Positions 35,339 to 45,700 of a stretch of DNA of 64,000 bases are shown here, piece after piece. Source of the DNA: an uncultured Candidatus Poseidoniales archaeon. Lineage in GTDB: Archaea > Thermoplasmatota > Poseidoniia > Poseidoniales > Thalassarchaeaceae. Position numbers and translations under genes: made by a program. Under the pieces are notes generated by a model. It was not told the origin of the DNA, made no database searches, and was given only the letters and a program-made list of their open reading frames with translations. Numbering within the stretch: the stretch's first letter is position 1; each line of letters begins with the position of its first letter. The DNA is taken from NCBI GenBank assembly GCA_963968165.1, contig CAXAFE010000005.1:24047-88046 (forward strand), in the 5' to 3' direction.

Positions 35339-37672
35339 ATGTCAAGAAATTTTAAATCTGGATTTATTTTATCAATTATATATTTTTTATTTCTTATGAC
35401 TAGTTTCACTCCTGTTAGTATTGCTCAGAACTACGAACAATATGATGGTCCGGGAATATCGTTTGAATACCCTGACAGTCATATGCTTTTCCTGAAGGGT
35501 TCCGAAGATAATACATATTTGGATCGTAATTGGTCAGTATTGACAGGTTTACCACAAGGCAGTGCATCTTTTACTCGGGCCAGTGCAGCTACTTCACCTA
35601 ATTTAATAAATGCAAATTCTGCACCTTTAGAAGAAGCATTTAGATTCAATGGAAATTTATCCATATCTCTTTTTGCATCTCTGGAAGGCACAGGTACTAA
35701 TTCTTGTAAATCAACTAGTATCTTGCCCAGCCCGGTAAGTTCCGAGACACAATTTACAGTAACTTTCTCGATGGGAGGAGTTATAATTTTAGATCAAGAA
35801 AATACCAATTCTATCTCTATGTCACAAGGCTACACCGAACCTCATGAATTTATAGTACAAGCTTCAAATGTTAACTTAAGTTTAGGAATTGGCGATACTA
35901 TTGATATTTCTGTCGATGTAAGGCACGAATGTATCGAATCTGGATCATTATGGTGGGGGTCATATGATGTAAGGTCAGGCATTACATTTGAAGGTAAATT
36001 CCTGGAAGTTGAATTGGATGCCATTGTTGATGCAAACAGGATGGTAAGAGTTGAGTTAATGCCAATATCTCCATGGGGGATTGGAGATTTCACTCATCAA
36101 GTAATAGAAATCGTTGGACCGACATATTGGACAAGTATGTATCATGGTGAATGGGATAATGAAGACTTACGTCAATATCATTTCGAAACTCCTCAAGGTA
36201 CACGTACAGGGGAGGGAAATAGGACAATATTAACTTGGACGTCTGATAAGCCATTAGAACCAGGAAATTATATGGTTGATGTATGTATTGACCTTTCTGA
36301 TCAAAATCCTGGTGATACTTGCAATATAATTGTCGTATTAAGATTCAATATACCTGAAGATCCTAAATCTCTTATCAATGGTGAATGGGCTGCTATTATC
36401 ATACCGTTTGGAATAATTACTTGGATTTTTATCTCTCTTCGTGGAGCAATGCTCCCATTGCCTGCTTATGGAGTTATAATTTTACTAGCATTTGCAAGTT
36501 TAGGCCCTGCAATGGATTTACCTGATATTGATTCCCAACCATACAGGGAAAATGGTGCTGCCCCATCTTTCCTACTATTATCTCATAATCCAGATACCGG
36601 CTCTATTTCTCTCTCAGATCTATTATCAGATTGTGATGTAGTTGTAATTGGTATGTTCCAACCGGGTTCTCCAAATGCCTTACTTCAATTTAGGGATTTT
36701 TCAAATTCACAGAAATATAATGATGAAAATATAAAATATGTCCAGATTGCCACCGGAGAAGGATTAAGGGCAACAGATTTAGATTCTTATGCAATTATGC
36801 TAAATAACTCATGGCCCTTACTAATTGATGAGGCCGACTCAAATGTAGGTTTCTCTTTACCAAATAGGGCAAGCGATGCAGTTTTGATTATAGACGCGGC
36901 TGGATTTATTTCTGAGTGGAAACCTGGCTCAATGTCGTCGGTTGAGATTGATGAGGCTTCAAGAAAATCATCATGGGGCTCAGGAAATAATCCAATTACA
37001 ATCATTTCTCTATTATTTTCATCAGCATTACTTCCAATAATCGTTTTATCTATGCCAAGGGAACGTAAATTCAAATTTCCTGATGAACCACTTATACCCG
37101 GTGCAGGTAGTATATTGATTTTTTATTCTTCAATAGTAGGATTTTCCTATTGGGCTATCCCGATTGCATTATTGGCTTCAATAGGTGCAGGTCAATATTG
37201 GATATATGTCGAATTAATTTTGACATTACTTCTAATTTATCATGGGATATCAATTTTACGCACCGGTAAAATAAAAGAAATTGAATTCTTGTCTAAATAT
37301 GCATATTCAAAACTTCCTACAATCTATAAAGACTGGAAAAACTATGAAAGCTTTAATGAAGATACATATTTGGGATTATGGTTGGCTTGGCTGGTTTGGA
37401 TACAAATTCCCGACTTAATATCTCAAGGCGTCGGCTCAATCGCACAAACAGGTGTATTTGGCTCATTTTTATCAATATTTTTTATGTTAGGATATATTTT
37501 ATGTGGTGGAATTTGTATAATATTAGCTAGAAATCTAGCATTAATTATGGGCCCAATATCAAGAATTTTTGGTGAGATGAGCATTGGACTGAGACCAAGG
37601 GCATGGGGACTAGCATCAGCAATCTTCGGATTTTGGATTATGCTTAGTATCTTACTTGGGCCACTAACATAA
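35339..37672 (+). CDS. Large envelope/membrane protein: signal peptide, external beta-rich region, Cys-less thioredoxin-like domain, polytopic C-terminus
   Basis: N-terminal signal (ILSIIYFLFLMTSFTPVSIAQ). Residues ~405-540 look like a redoxin fold (APSFLLLSHNPDTGSISLSDLL...VVVIGMFQPGSPNALLQF) with GSPN where CxxC would be. At least 8 TM segments. No family recognised. Confidence 0.5.
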   Translation: MSRNFKSGFILSIIYFLFLMTSFTPVSIAQNYEQYDGPGISFEYPDSHMLFLKGSEDNTYLDRNWSVLTGLPQGSASFTRASAATSPNLINANSAPLEEAFRFNGNLSISLFASLEGTGTNSCKSTSILPSPVSSETQFTVTFSMGGVIILDQENTNSISMSQGYTEPHEFIVQASNVNLSLGIGDTIDISVDVRHECIESGSLWWGSYDVRSGITFEGKFLEVELDAIVDANRMVRVELMPISPWGIGDFTHQVIEIVGPTYWTSMYHGEWDNEDLRQYHFETPQGTRTGEGNRTILTWTSDKPLEPGNYMVDVCIDLSDQNPGDTCNIIVVLRFNIPEDPKSLINGEWAAIIIPFGIITWIFISLRGAMLPLPAYGVIILLAFASLGPAMDLPDIDSQPYRENGAAPSFLLLSHNPDTGSISLSDLLSDCDVVVIGMFQPGSPNALLQFRDFSNSQKYNDENIKYVQIATGEGLRATDLDSYAIMLNNSWPLLIDEADSNVGFSLPNRASDAVLIIDAAGFISEWKPGSMSSVEIDEASRKSSWGSGNNPITIISLLFSSALLPIIVLSMPRERKFKFPDEPLIPGAGSILIFYSSIVGFSYWAIPIALLASIGAGQYWIYVELILTLLLIYHGISILRTGKIKEIEFLSKYAYSKLPTIYKDWKNYESFNEDTYLGLWLAWLVWIQIPDLISQGVGSIAQTGVFGSFLSIFFMLGYILCGGICIILARNLALIMGPISRIFGEMSIGLRPRAWGLASAIFGFWIMLSILLGPLT

Positions 37673-37744
37673 TTATTTCAATAAAATTTATACATTTGAC
37701 CGAGAGCATCTTAAAAGAAAGGTTACTGCGAATGTTATCCCTAC

Positions 37745-37933
37745 GGGGGTATAGTATAACCTGGTAGTACAGCGGGCTCCAGTTGCACGGGAATGACGAC
37801 GAGAAGGTTTTCTGATGGTTTTGATGACCAACTGGAGCACCGACCCATCGCAACCCGAGAGCGTGCGCCTGCCGGGTGCACGCTAGGCGGAAGATACCCG
37901 CTGATCTGGGTTCAAATCCCAGTGCCCCCACCA
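37745..37933 (+). tRNA. tRNA-Trp (anticodon CCA) with a 113-nt intron at the canonical 37/38 position; CCA encoded
   Basis: Exon 1 37745-37782 (acceptor GGGGGTA, D arm GTAT-AACCTGGTA-GTAC, anticodon stem GCGGG, loop CTCCAG). Exon 2 37896-37933 (A, CCCGC, TGAT, CTGGG-TTCAAAT-CCCAG, TGCCCCC, A, CCA). Splice positions inferred from the cloverleaf, uncertain by a few nt. T5 follows. Confidence 0.85.
37789..37846 (+). ncRNA. Intron-encoded box C/D sRNA guiding 2'-O-methylation of tRNA-Trp C34
   Basis: C ATGACGA (37793-99), 12-nt guide, D' CTGA (37812-15), 6-nt loop, C' TGATGA (37822-27), 12-nt guide CCAACTGGAGCA, D CCGA (37840-43), terminal stem GGG/CCC. The D guide forms 10 contiguous base pairs with 37776-37785 and puts C34 (37779) opposite the fifth nt upstream of box D. 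Confidence 0.7.
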
Positions 37934-37999
37934 TTTTTACTACACTTAGTTATACTTTTACGGGATTCTTTCAAGTCTTATGTGTACTTCGCATATCTC

Positions 38000-40129
38000 A
38001 TGAATCATAAGCTACTGTGTTTAGTAACTTGTATAATTATCGTAACTCCTCTCTCTGGTAGTATTTTTAACACAGAAATATCCTCAAAAAAACTAGCTAA
38101 TCAGTTATTTGATGATAATCAATCTCTGTATCCACCTAGTCAAGAAAATAGCCCATTTAATTATTCAAATGAATGGTGGATTCATTCCTCATTAGACTCC
38201 GATAGAAATGGGATACACGATTCTCTTCAAAACACTACTGGTATTGTAAATATTGGACTTTCATATTCTGAATCTTTTGATGATAATCATAGAAATAATT
38301 TATCTTCATTAGGCTTAACCGTCAAACAAGAATTACATTCTGTTAACGCTATTCTATTAGGGAGTATCAATGCAAGTTTGATTAATTCCATTTCTGATCT
38401 TGAAGGAGTAATTATGGTTGAAAGATATGGTTCGGTAGTATTCTATGGAGATATACAAACTCCTACTGTTAAAGCTAAAACTACTCCATTATATCCAGGA
38501 GCATGGGACTTGGGCGTTTCTGGTCTAGGTGTTAATATCGCATTAACCGACACAGGTGTAGATGAAGAACACCCAGGATTAAATGGTAAATTTGTAGCAG
38601 GTTATGATGCGGTCTGTTTCTTACACTCAGATCCAACTTGCGTCCTCGCAGGAGGAAGGGAAACTGATGGTTCTTTCAATCCAGATGATGCAAATCAACA
38701 TGGGACTGCGTGCATGGGAATGGCAGCAGCTACGGGAATAGAAAGCGATGGAAGTATTTCCAATTTTACAGGTTCCGCACCAAATGCATCAACTATTGAT
38801 GTCAGAATCGGTACCGATGCTGGGGCAGGTCCATTTGAAAACTACATCTTAGAACAGGAATTTTATGAATCAGCAATGAATGGTTTACAATGGATAATCG
38901 ATCACAAAGATGATGCATGGCAAGGCGCTTCAGAAGAAAATTATGGCATTGATATTATTTCCCTATCATGGGGAATAACTAGTCATGAAACAGGAGGCTC
39001 CGATGGCAGTGACATGCATAGTCGTATTCTTGATGAAGCAATGGAGGCCGGAATTACGGTATCAGCTGCTGCAGGTAATGACGGTCCAGATAATGATGGA
39101 CTATCGGGAATGGGATCTTCATCATTGTCTATAACCGTTGGAGCAACTGACGATCAAAATAGCATAGATCGTGATGATGATACAATAGCGTCTTACTCCA
39201 GTAGGGGGCCAAGAAGAGATAATGGAAATGATAACCCTCTTGATGAACTAAAGCCCGAGATAAGTGCCCCGGGTAGTAATATAATTCAGGCTGAAGGATG
39301 CGTGTCTTCTGGACAATGTAACAATAATATTCCGGGCCAAGATGCCTCTGAAAATACCTACACTGGAAGAGGTAGTGGCACATCATATGCAACTCCATCA
39401 GTTTCAGGAATCATAGCATTAATCATCGAAGCCAATGATGATTTATCACCAGCACAAATAAAGGAAATCTTGAAACAAACAGCAGAAAGAAAGGGAGATC
39501 CAACCTTTCCTGATATCGACCCATATTGGAATAGGGATTTTGGTTATGGTATGGTAGACGCATATGCAGCAGTTTCTATGGCTATATATCTCAAAGAAAC
39601 ATCCCAAACTAGTAGTATTAATGAGCATCTACAAAATCATTTACTGAATCAGAGTTTAAAATCTGGAATTATTAATATCACAGGACACGCATGGGGCCAA
39701 GGAATGTCGGTTGCAAAAATAGAATATAGGATCGATGGAGGCCTATGGAATGATGCTACATACTCTTATACAAACTCCTCTATAGATTCACTTACTCCAT
39801 TTTTATGGCATATTATTTTGGATTCTTCAAAAATAGAGGAAGGAACTCATCAAATAGAAATACATGCAAAATATGATGAGTATAATTCATTGCCAATTTT
39901 ATTAGAAATAGAGGGTACAAATGGTGACTTCGAAGATAACAAAATTCCATTATTAGCAGTCATGGGAATATCTTCAGTCTTCTTAATCTGGATTATGGCC
40001 ATAATCTTTGTTGGACTCCGTGGTGATGATAATATAAATCAAAAAATTTCAAAAATTAAAGATATTATAAAATCAAAAACAGGGAATACAAATGAAGATA
40101 ATTTTTTAGAAGCTGAATTGGTATCTTAA
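38000..40129 (+). CDS. Secreted/anchored subtilisin-like serine protease (peptidase S8)
   Basis: Catalytic triad contexts ALTDTGVD, HGTACMGMAA, GSGTSYATPSVSG. Signal peptide after ATG 38000 (MNHKLLCLVTCIIIV); C-terminal TM LLAVMGISSVFLIWIMAIIFVGL. The track start 37793 runs through the tRNA-Trp gene and is rejected. Confidence 0.85.
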   Translation: MNHKLLCLVTCIIIVTPLSGSIFNTEISSKKLANQLFDDNQSLYPPSQENSPFNYSNEWWIHSSLDSDRNGIHDSLQNTTGIVNIGLSYSESFDDNHRNNLSSLGLTVKQELHSVNAILLGSINASLINSISDLEGVIMVERYGSVVFYGDIQTPTVKAKTTPLYPGAWDLGVSGLGVNIALTDTGVDEEHPGLNGKFVAGYDAVCFLHSDPTCVLAGGRETDGSFNPDDANQHGTACMGMAAATGIESDGSISNFTGSAPNASTIDVRIGTDAGAGPFENYILEQEFYESAMNGLQWIIDHKDDAWQGASEENYGIDIISLSWGITSHETGGSDGSDMHSRILDEAMEAGITVSAAAGNDGPDNDGLSGMGSSSLSITVGATDDQNSIDRDDDTIASYSSRGPRRDNGNDNPLDELKPEISAPGSNIIQAEGCVSSGQCNNNIPGQDASENTYTGRGSGTSYATPSVSGIIALIIEANDDLSPAQIKEILKQTAERKGDPTFPDIDPYWNRDFGYGMVDAYAAVSMAIYLKETSQTSSINEHLQNHLLNQSLKSGIINITGHAWGQGMSVAKIEYRIDGGLWNDATYSYTNSSIDSLTPFLWHIILDSSKIEEGTHQIEIHAKYDEYNSLPILLEIEGTNGDFEDNKIPLLAVMGISSVFLIWIMAIIFVGLRGDDNINQKISKIKDIIKSKTGNTNEDNFLEAELVS

Positions 40130-40199
40130 ACATATCAAATATTGAGTTTTAGACTTTTCCTCAATCCTTTTTAAAACCATTACCTATACCTCACGCCAC

Positions 40200-41351
40200 A
40201 TGGTTAAGTTCTCCGAGCGTGCGAATAGCATACAACCTACAGGAGTCAGGAGAATGTTCGACATGGCTGGTGATGATACCATTCAATTTGGCTTAGGTGA
40301 GCCCGACTTCCAACCTCCGAAGATAGCTATTGAAGCATTTAATCAGGCTATGAGAGAAGGTAAAAATAAGTACACAACTACTGCTGGTCTTCCCAAACTC
40401 AGGGAGAAAATAGCAAAAGAATGGATTCATCTTTCTCCAAACCTTGATGAATCAAATGTATGCATTACAATGAGCGGAACTAATGCATTACTGGATGTTT
40501 TCCTCGCAATTGTTGATCCAGGTGACAATGTTTTAATTCCTGAACCATATTTTCCACTCTATCCTCCAGATGTAGTAATCTGCGGTGGTGAGCCTAAACT
40601 TTACCCTTGCAAATTCCATAATGGTTTTGTGCCAGAAATTGAGGACCTTGAAAAACTAGTTAATGATAAAACAGTTGCAATTTTGTATAATTTTCCAAGT
40701 AACCCTACAGGTGCGACAGTTACGATAGAAGAACGAGATAAATTGGTAGATTTTGCCATCCGCCATGATTTATGGATAATAAGTGATGAAGTTTACGATA
40801 GAATAGTCTACAATGATTCTCATGTTTCCTTTTTGGGAGCCGGACACGATAAATTATTCTTAATCAATTCATTTTCCAAAACTTTTGCTATGACTGGATG
40901 GAGAATTGGCTACATCATATCCCCCGAAGAGGAAACTATGATTCAAATAAATAAAATGCAGTATTATGTTACAGCGTGCAGTAATGATGCTATGCAATAT
41001 GCAGTACTTTCGGCACTTGAAAATGCTTCTGATTATCCAGATATCATGTGCGCTGAATTTAAACTTCGCCGGGACTTAATTTGTTCTAGATTAAATGCTA
41101 TGGATGGAGTTACATGTCACGTTCCTGAAGGTGCATTTTATGTATTTCCAAAAGTAGAAGTTGATGGTTATAATAGTCAAGAATTGGCAGTTAAAATATT
41201 AGAAATGGGAGAGGTGCTGTGCTCTCCTGGTACTGCATTTGGTAAAGCAGGAGAGGGGCATCTGCGCTTCGCATATACTCTAGATAGAGAAGGTATTTCG
41301 GAAGGCATGGATCGTCTAGAAGAAGTATTAATCAAATTAAGAGGAGAATAA
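40200..41351 (+). CDS. Class I/II PLP aminotransferase (aspartate aminotransferase-like)
   Basis: NPTGA, SDEVYDR, NSFSKTFAMTGWRIGY (PLP-Lys), 383 aa. Confidence 0.85.
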   Translation: MVKFSERANSIQPTGVRRMFDMAGDDTIQFGLGEPDFQPPKIAIEAFNQAMREGKNKYTTTAGLPKLREKIAKEWIHLSPNLDESNVCITMSGTNALLDVFLAIVDPGDNVLIPEPYFPLYPPDVVICGGEPKLYPCKFHNGFVPEIEDLEKLVNDKTVAILYNFPSNPTGATVTIEERDKLVDFAIRHDLWIISDEVYDRIVYNDSHVSFLGAGHDKLFLINSFSKTFAMTGWRIGYIISPEEETMIQINKMQYYVTACSNDAMQYAVLSALENASDYPDIMCAEFKLRRDLICSRLNAMDGVTCHVPEGAFYVFPKVEVDGYNSQELAVKILEMGEVLCSPGTAFGKAGEGHLRFAYTLDREGISEGMDRLEEVLIKLRGE

Positions 41352-41352
41352 A

Positions 41353-41613
41353 TTGCTAAATTTCTTGTCCAACTCTCTATTATTAATTTTAGGTTTCTTT
41401 ATCCCAAATGCTATGAAATTTACATCTCGAGTTGAGATTCTTCATAATAATTCAATTTTTCTCTATTTTGCTTTTATTTTATTTTCATTACTTTTCCTTT
41501 ATATGTATGGCCCCAATTCACTGGCTTTTGGAATTTTTATTGGTACAGGTTGGAAATTACTAAATATTTTTTCAAATTATTCATTTCCAACCATTATTAA
41601 TACCGATAACTAA
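41353..41613 (+). CDS. Small hypothetical membrane protein
   Basis: 86 aa, TTG start, 3 hydrophobic segments; no recognisable motif. Confidence 0.35.
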   Translation: MLNFLSNSLLLILGFFIPNAMKFTSRVEILHNNSIFLYFAFILFSLLFLYMYGPNSLAFGIFIGTGWKLLNIFSNYSFPTIINTDN

Positions 41614-41616
41614 GTC

Positions 41617-42597
41617 TTATACATTTTCTAGTTCATCTTCATTGGGTGCATCCAATATCTTAGATCTTAGATTTTCTAATTTTGCTTCTTGCCCTATCAT
41701 CCAATCAGGAATTTCTCTGTAACCACTCAACACTGAGATTGTAGTAAAAGTAGCCATTGGAAGAACTGAAATTGCCACAATATAATCTAATATTGCTGTA
41801 TCCGGAATTGTTGCAGCGGGAGCAATAGTTTGTATTATCATTTGTTCTAATTGAATCTCATGCCACTGTTCATAATTGATGCCTAGCCAACCAAGCGATA
41901 GCGAAAGAACAAATCTTGCAAATAACCAATACAACAATAAAGGTAATATGGATGAAACTCTTCCTAATTTACCTAAAAATAATCTAAATATATATGCTAA
42001 ACCAACTAATCTTTCACAAATAATTGGATGTAATCTTATAGATGCCCACAATGCTACTAGATAACCTATCATACCCAGTTGAAAAGCTGAATCTGGTTTT
42101 ACAATGTTATTTGGCATTCCTTCCATAATTATTAATGGTATTGCGATTAAAATAACTTGCATGGGGACTGCTAATAACTGCAATCCTCCGTGTATAGCCA
42201 TTATATCGTAATCTTCATTTTTCATTTTTAGATAGACCAATCTACTCATTCTCCCATAAGGGCTAGAATATGCTGCCAATCTTGCTCTATCTACTATTTC
42301 CGGATTATTCATTCTGTTATTATACAACAAAAGTGTCAACCATCCACCCTTATTTGACACATATAAAGGAGTAAAGTTACCCATTATTAATGCTAATATT
42401 AGAGAAATTACTCCATATGTTATTCCTGCAATTATTACCCATCCAAACATTTCAGTTCTTATTCCTACACTAGCATTGTTTATGTCCAAATCAATTAGAT
42501 ATGCAATAGCGAAAAGTAATGTTGGAACAATTGTAACCTGACAAAACATAATTAATGTCAAATGGAATCTACTTAGTAATTTTCTAGCATGCCCCAT
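41617..42597 (-). CDS. Hypothetical polytopic membrane protein
   Basis: 326 aa, about 8 TM, acidic C-terminus; no family recognised. Confidence 0.5.
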   Translation of the reverse strand: MGHARKLLSRFHLTLIMFCQVTIVPTLLFAIAYLIDLDINNASVGIRTEMFGWVIIAGITYGVISLILALIMGNFTPLYVSNKGGWLTLLLYNNRMNNPEIVDRARLAAYSSPYGRMSRLVYLKMKNEDYDIMAIHGGLQLLAVPMQVILIAIPLIIMEGMPNNIVKPDSAFQLGMIGYLVALWASIRLHPIICERLVGLAYIFRLFLGKLGRVSSILPLLLYWLFARFVLSLSLGWLGINYEQWHEIQLEQMIIQTIAPAATIPDTAILDYIVAISVLPMATFTTISVLSGYREIPDWMIGQEAKLENLRSKILDAPNEDELENV

Positions 42598-42752
42598 AGA
42601 CCTACGTGACCCCCTCTGAAGATAAGTTCTTCATATGTTTTATAAATTTAAATTGATATTTTATGATAATGAGATGAATTCCATTATAAGATTTACATTC
42701 AAACTTAGACCCCATACTTTCATACACATATGTTTAGTCGTATTACTTGTCT

Positions 42753-45700
42753 ATGCGCAGTCTGTATTCATATATCGTCGTCGCCCTCTTTCTTCTAGTC
42801 AGTGCATCTCCAGCTGTTGTAGTTTCAAATTTTGAAGATTCTAAAGTATCTAAAATTGGTCCAAAAAGTGACGCAGTCGATTTTAAGGTTTTAGAAATAG
42901 AATTAGGAAATTCTTCTAGCGTACCATTGCAATGGGAGCAGCCAGACACATCAATGCAAGAATATATAATTAAAGGAAATGCTATCCAAATTAACGTCAC
43001 ATTTGTTCAGTTAGGTTTTACACCAACTCAAGTCACTGCAAATGCAACCTTACAAGTCTGGCATCCTATAGGGTTTTTAATCAAAGAATGGAATTTCAAT
43101 GTAACTTTATCTAGTTCTCAGCAAGATAGAAAGAACTTCATTTGGACTCCGAATGCTGCCCACAGTATACTTTCTGATAATGGCTACCTTGGAGGAGGTA
43201 TGGTGATAGTTGGCTTGGTTGATGCCGGGTTACAAGATGGTGACAATACTAATGATAGGGCAGAAAGGTCAGTTCCAGTAGCAGCTTGGTTCGATGATTT
43301 AGATAACGGCTACTGCGCAGATGAGGGTAGTGAAGGAAAATACTGCTCAAATATCCCTCAAGGATATGGTAGACCAAATTGGTTCGGTGCGGGTTATGAG
43401 CCAAATGGTATAACTTTAGATGGTGACTTTCCAACTGGAACATGGAGGATGGAAAACAGTTCCAGCTCTATTGGCGAATGGCACTGGAAAGTTTCTGGTG
43501 ATGATAGTGATAGGTATGCATCAAATAGGCATGATAGGCTACATTGGGGGTGGGTAACTACCAATAATCAAGATGGTTGTGCTGATGGAGTATGGGGAGA
43601 TGGATATAGTCATGAGTTGGGGCAAGGTGAATTTTCATCTACACTTTCTTCACTATATTCGTCATATTTATGCAAGGTAAAAATTAAAAGTCCTAATTTC
43701 TTTTCAATGCAAATAGTTACAAATGCTTGGGGCATAATGGATTCTGGAGATTCCATAGAATTAGAAACAGATTCTGGTTATGAACAACATTATTATAATT
43801 ATACTACTCAAAACTTATCACAATCCGAGGGCGACTGGTCACGATTAATTTGGAATGTATCTAATCTTCATCAATCGGGAGGCTTTTCATTATCATTCTT
43901 GTTTAAATCGGATGGTTCAGATGCCAATGAAGGGATTCACATTGATTCATTTCTAATCTTTGGAATAGAAAGATATCCGGAATATACTCTTAATGCAGTT
44001 TGCAACGACCCCCTTCCTAATTCTTACATAGTACTTGCAGCCGATCCGCGCCCCCCCTCATTGCATTGTCGAGTTTTCAATAAAGGATACATTGACATAA
44101 CCTTGAGATACTTTACTACTTTATCGAATCAATCTTGGATGTATCAATATCCACTTAGAATAGACTCTAACAATAACGTGGATCATGATAATTTTGTTGT
44201 AAGCAAGGTCATTAAAGCAAGAACTGTTACTGATGTGTGGTTCAATTTGTCTATTCCTGATGGAACGCTTGTTCAGGAATTAGATTGGATTGTAAATATC
44301 AATGATGGTGTCCTTAATAATTCGAAATACTCGCTTGTGCTGCCCGTGAAAGTCGATCCTACATATTCAATAATACTAGCACCAGATAAACTCTCTAATC
44401 CTGCAGCAACATTACTTCCTGGAGAAAAGACGAATATAACTATGAATTTAAAAAATAATGGCAACCAAGTTGCGACTTGGAATCTTGGTGGAGCGTTTGA
44501 CACAAATGAATGGCCAGCACAATATATTCAGTGGTATGATTCATCAAATGGAGATGCTATATCTCTCCTAAACTCTTCTATAAATGAAGAATTTATTCTA
44601 AATGCAGAAATCACTGTTCCAGAAGGTTTAGCACCTGGAATTTACACGTTGACCCTTATAGCAAATGGTCGTGCTCCCGCGATCTTTCAATCAGAAACAG
44701 TTCTCTACATAGAAGTCCCAGTTTATCATAATTTAGTAATCGCACCCATAACAAATTCATTGATGGCTCCAGCAAATGGTTATGGAAAAATTGTTGAAAT
44801 ATTTTTAATAAATAATGGAAATACTGAAGAATCATTTGATATCACTGTTACTTCTGATAATTATCGGTTAAAGGCTACATCAAGCGCAGAATTAACTCCT
44901 GGAATACCAGCAAATGGCGGAGATACTTCAATTTCTCTGCTCTTGCCCATGCCAAAAGGAATCCTAAATGGTACTTACAGGATAACAATCTATGCGACAA
45001 GTACAATCAATCCAGATTATACCTCCAGTTCGAACATATATCTTACAGTGCCTGTGACTAATTTAGTTGAAATTCCTGACTTGGATATGACTGAGGAAAT
45101 ATTTAGTGCAGGTAGCGACGACAGGACACTAAGATGGGAAATATTGAATACTGGAAATATTGCTGATTCTTTTGAGATTTCTTTCTCTCACACATCTGAT
45201 GTATACACTTCTGCTCAAGGATTAAATGAAGGTAGGACTCCATATATTAAACCAGGTTCTTCATATAATATATCTCTAAGTTATTCGTTTGGTGAAAATG
45301 CCGATGGTACAAGAATAATCACGCTTGAAGCAACTAGTGTCGAAGCTTCGAAAAATGACATTTTAGTTGTCGGAAGCGGAGAGGCACTATTCAACGTCGG
45401 GACAGTGGGGTGGCTCAGAGTGTTGACGCCTCCTACAGACTCTGATGCCATGGACATAACAGAAGCTGGCGATGAATATTCGCTTCAATATACGGTTCTA
45501 AGCATGCACCCAACAGATGACCAGCAAGTGAGATCCGAAGTTGAACTAGAAAATCAATATACTGTCTACAGCGCAAGAATAGGCGAGGAAGATAGAGACT
45601 TTGTACTAAAAGCAGGTGAATCTAGAAGTGTAACTATATACTTAGATATACGAGAAGAAGATTTAGAAAATTTAAATATGGATCAACTAGATTTTGATGT

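Noticed and set aside
37644-37999. Track ORF 37644..37934 (-) and the first 69 codons of track ORF 37793..40129 (+)
   Set aside because: Both run through the tRNA-Trp gene and its GC-rich intron. The protease has a proper signal peptide from ATG 38000, so these are reading-frame shadows.
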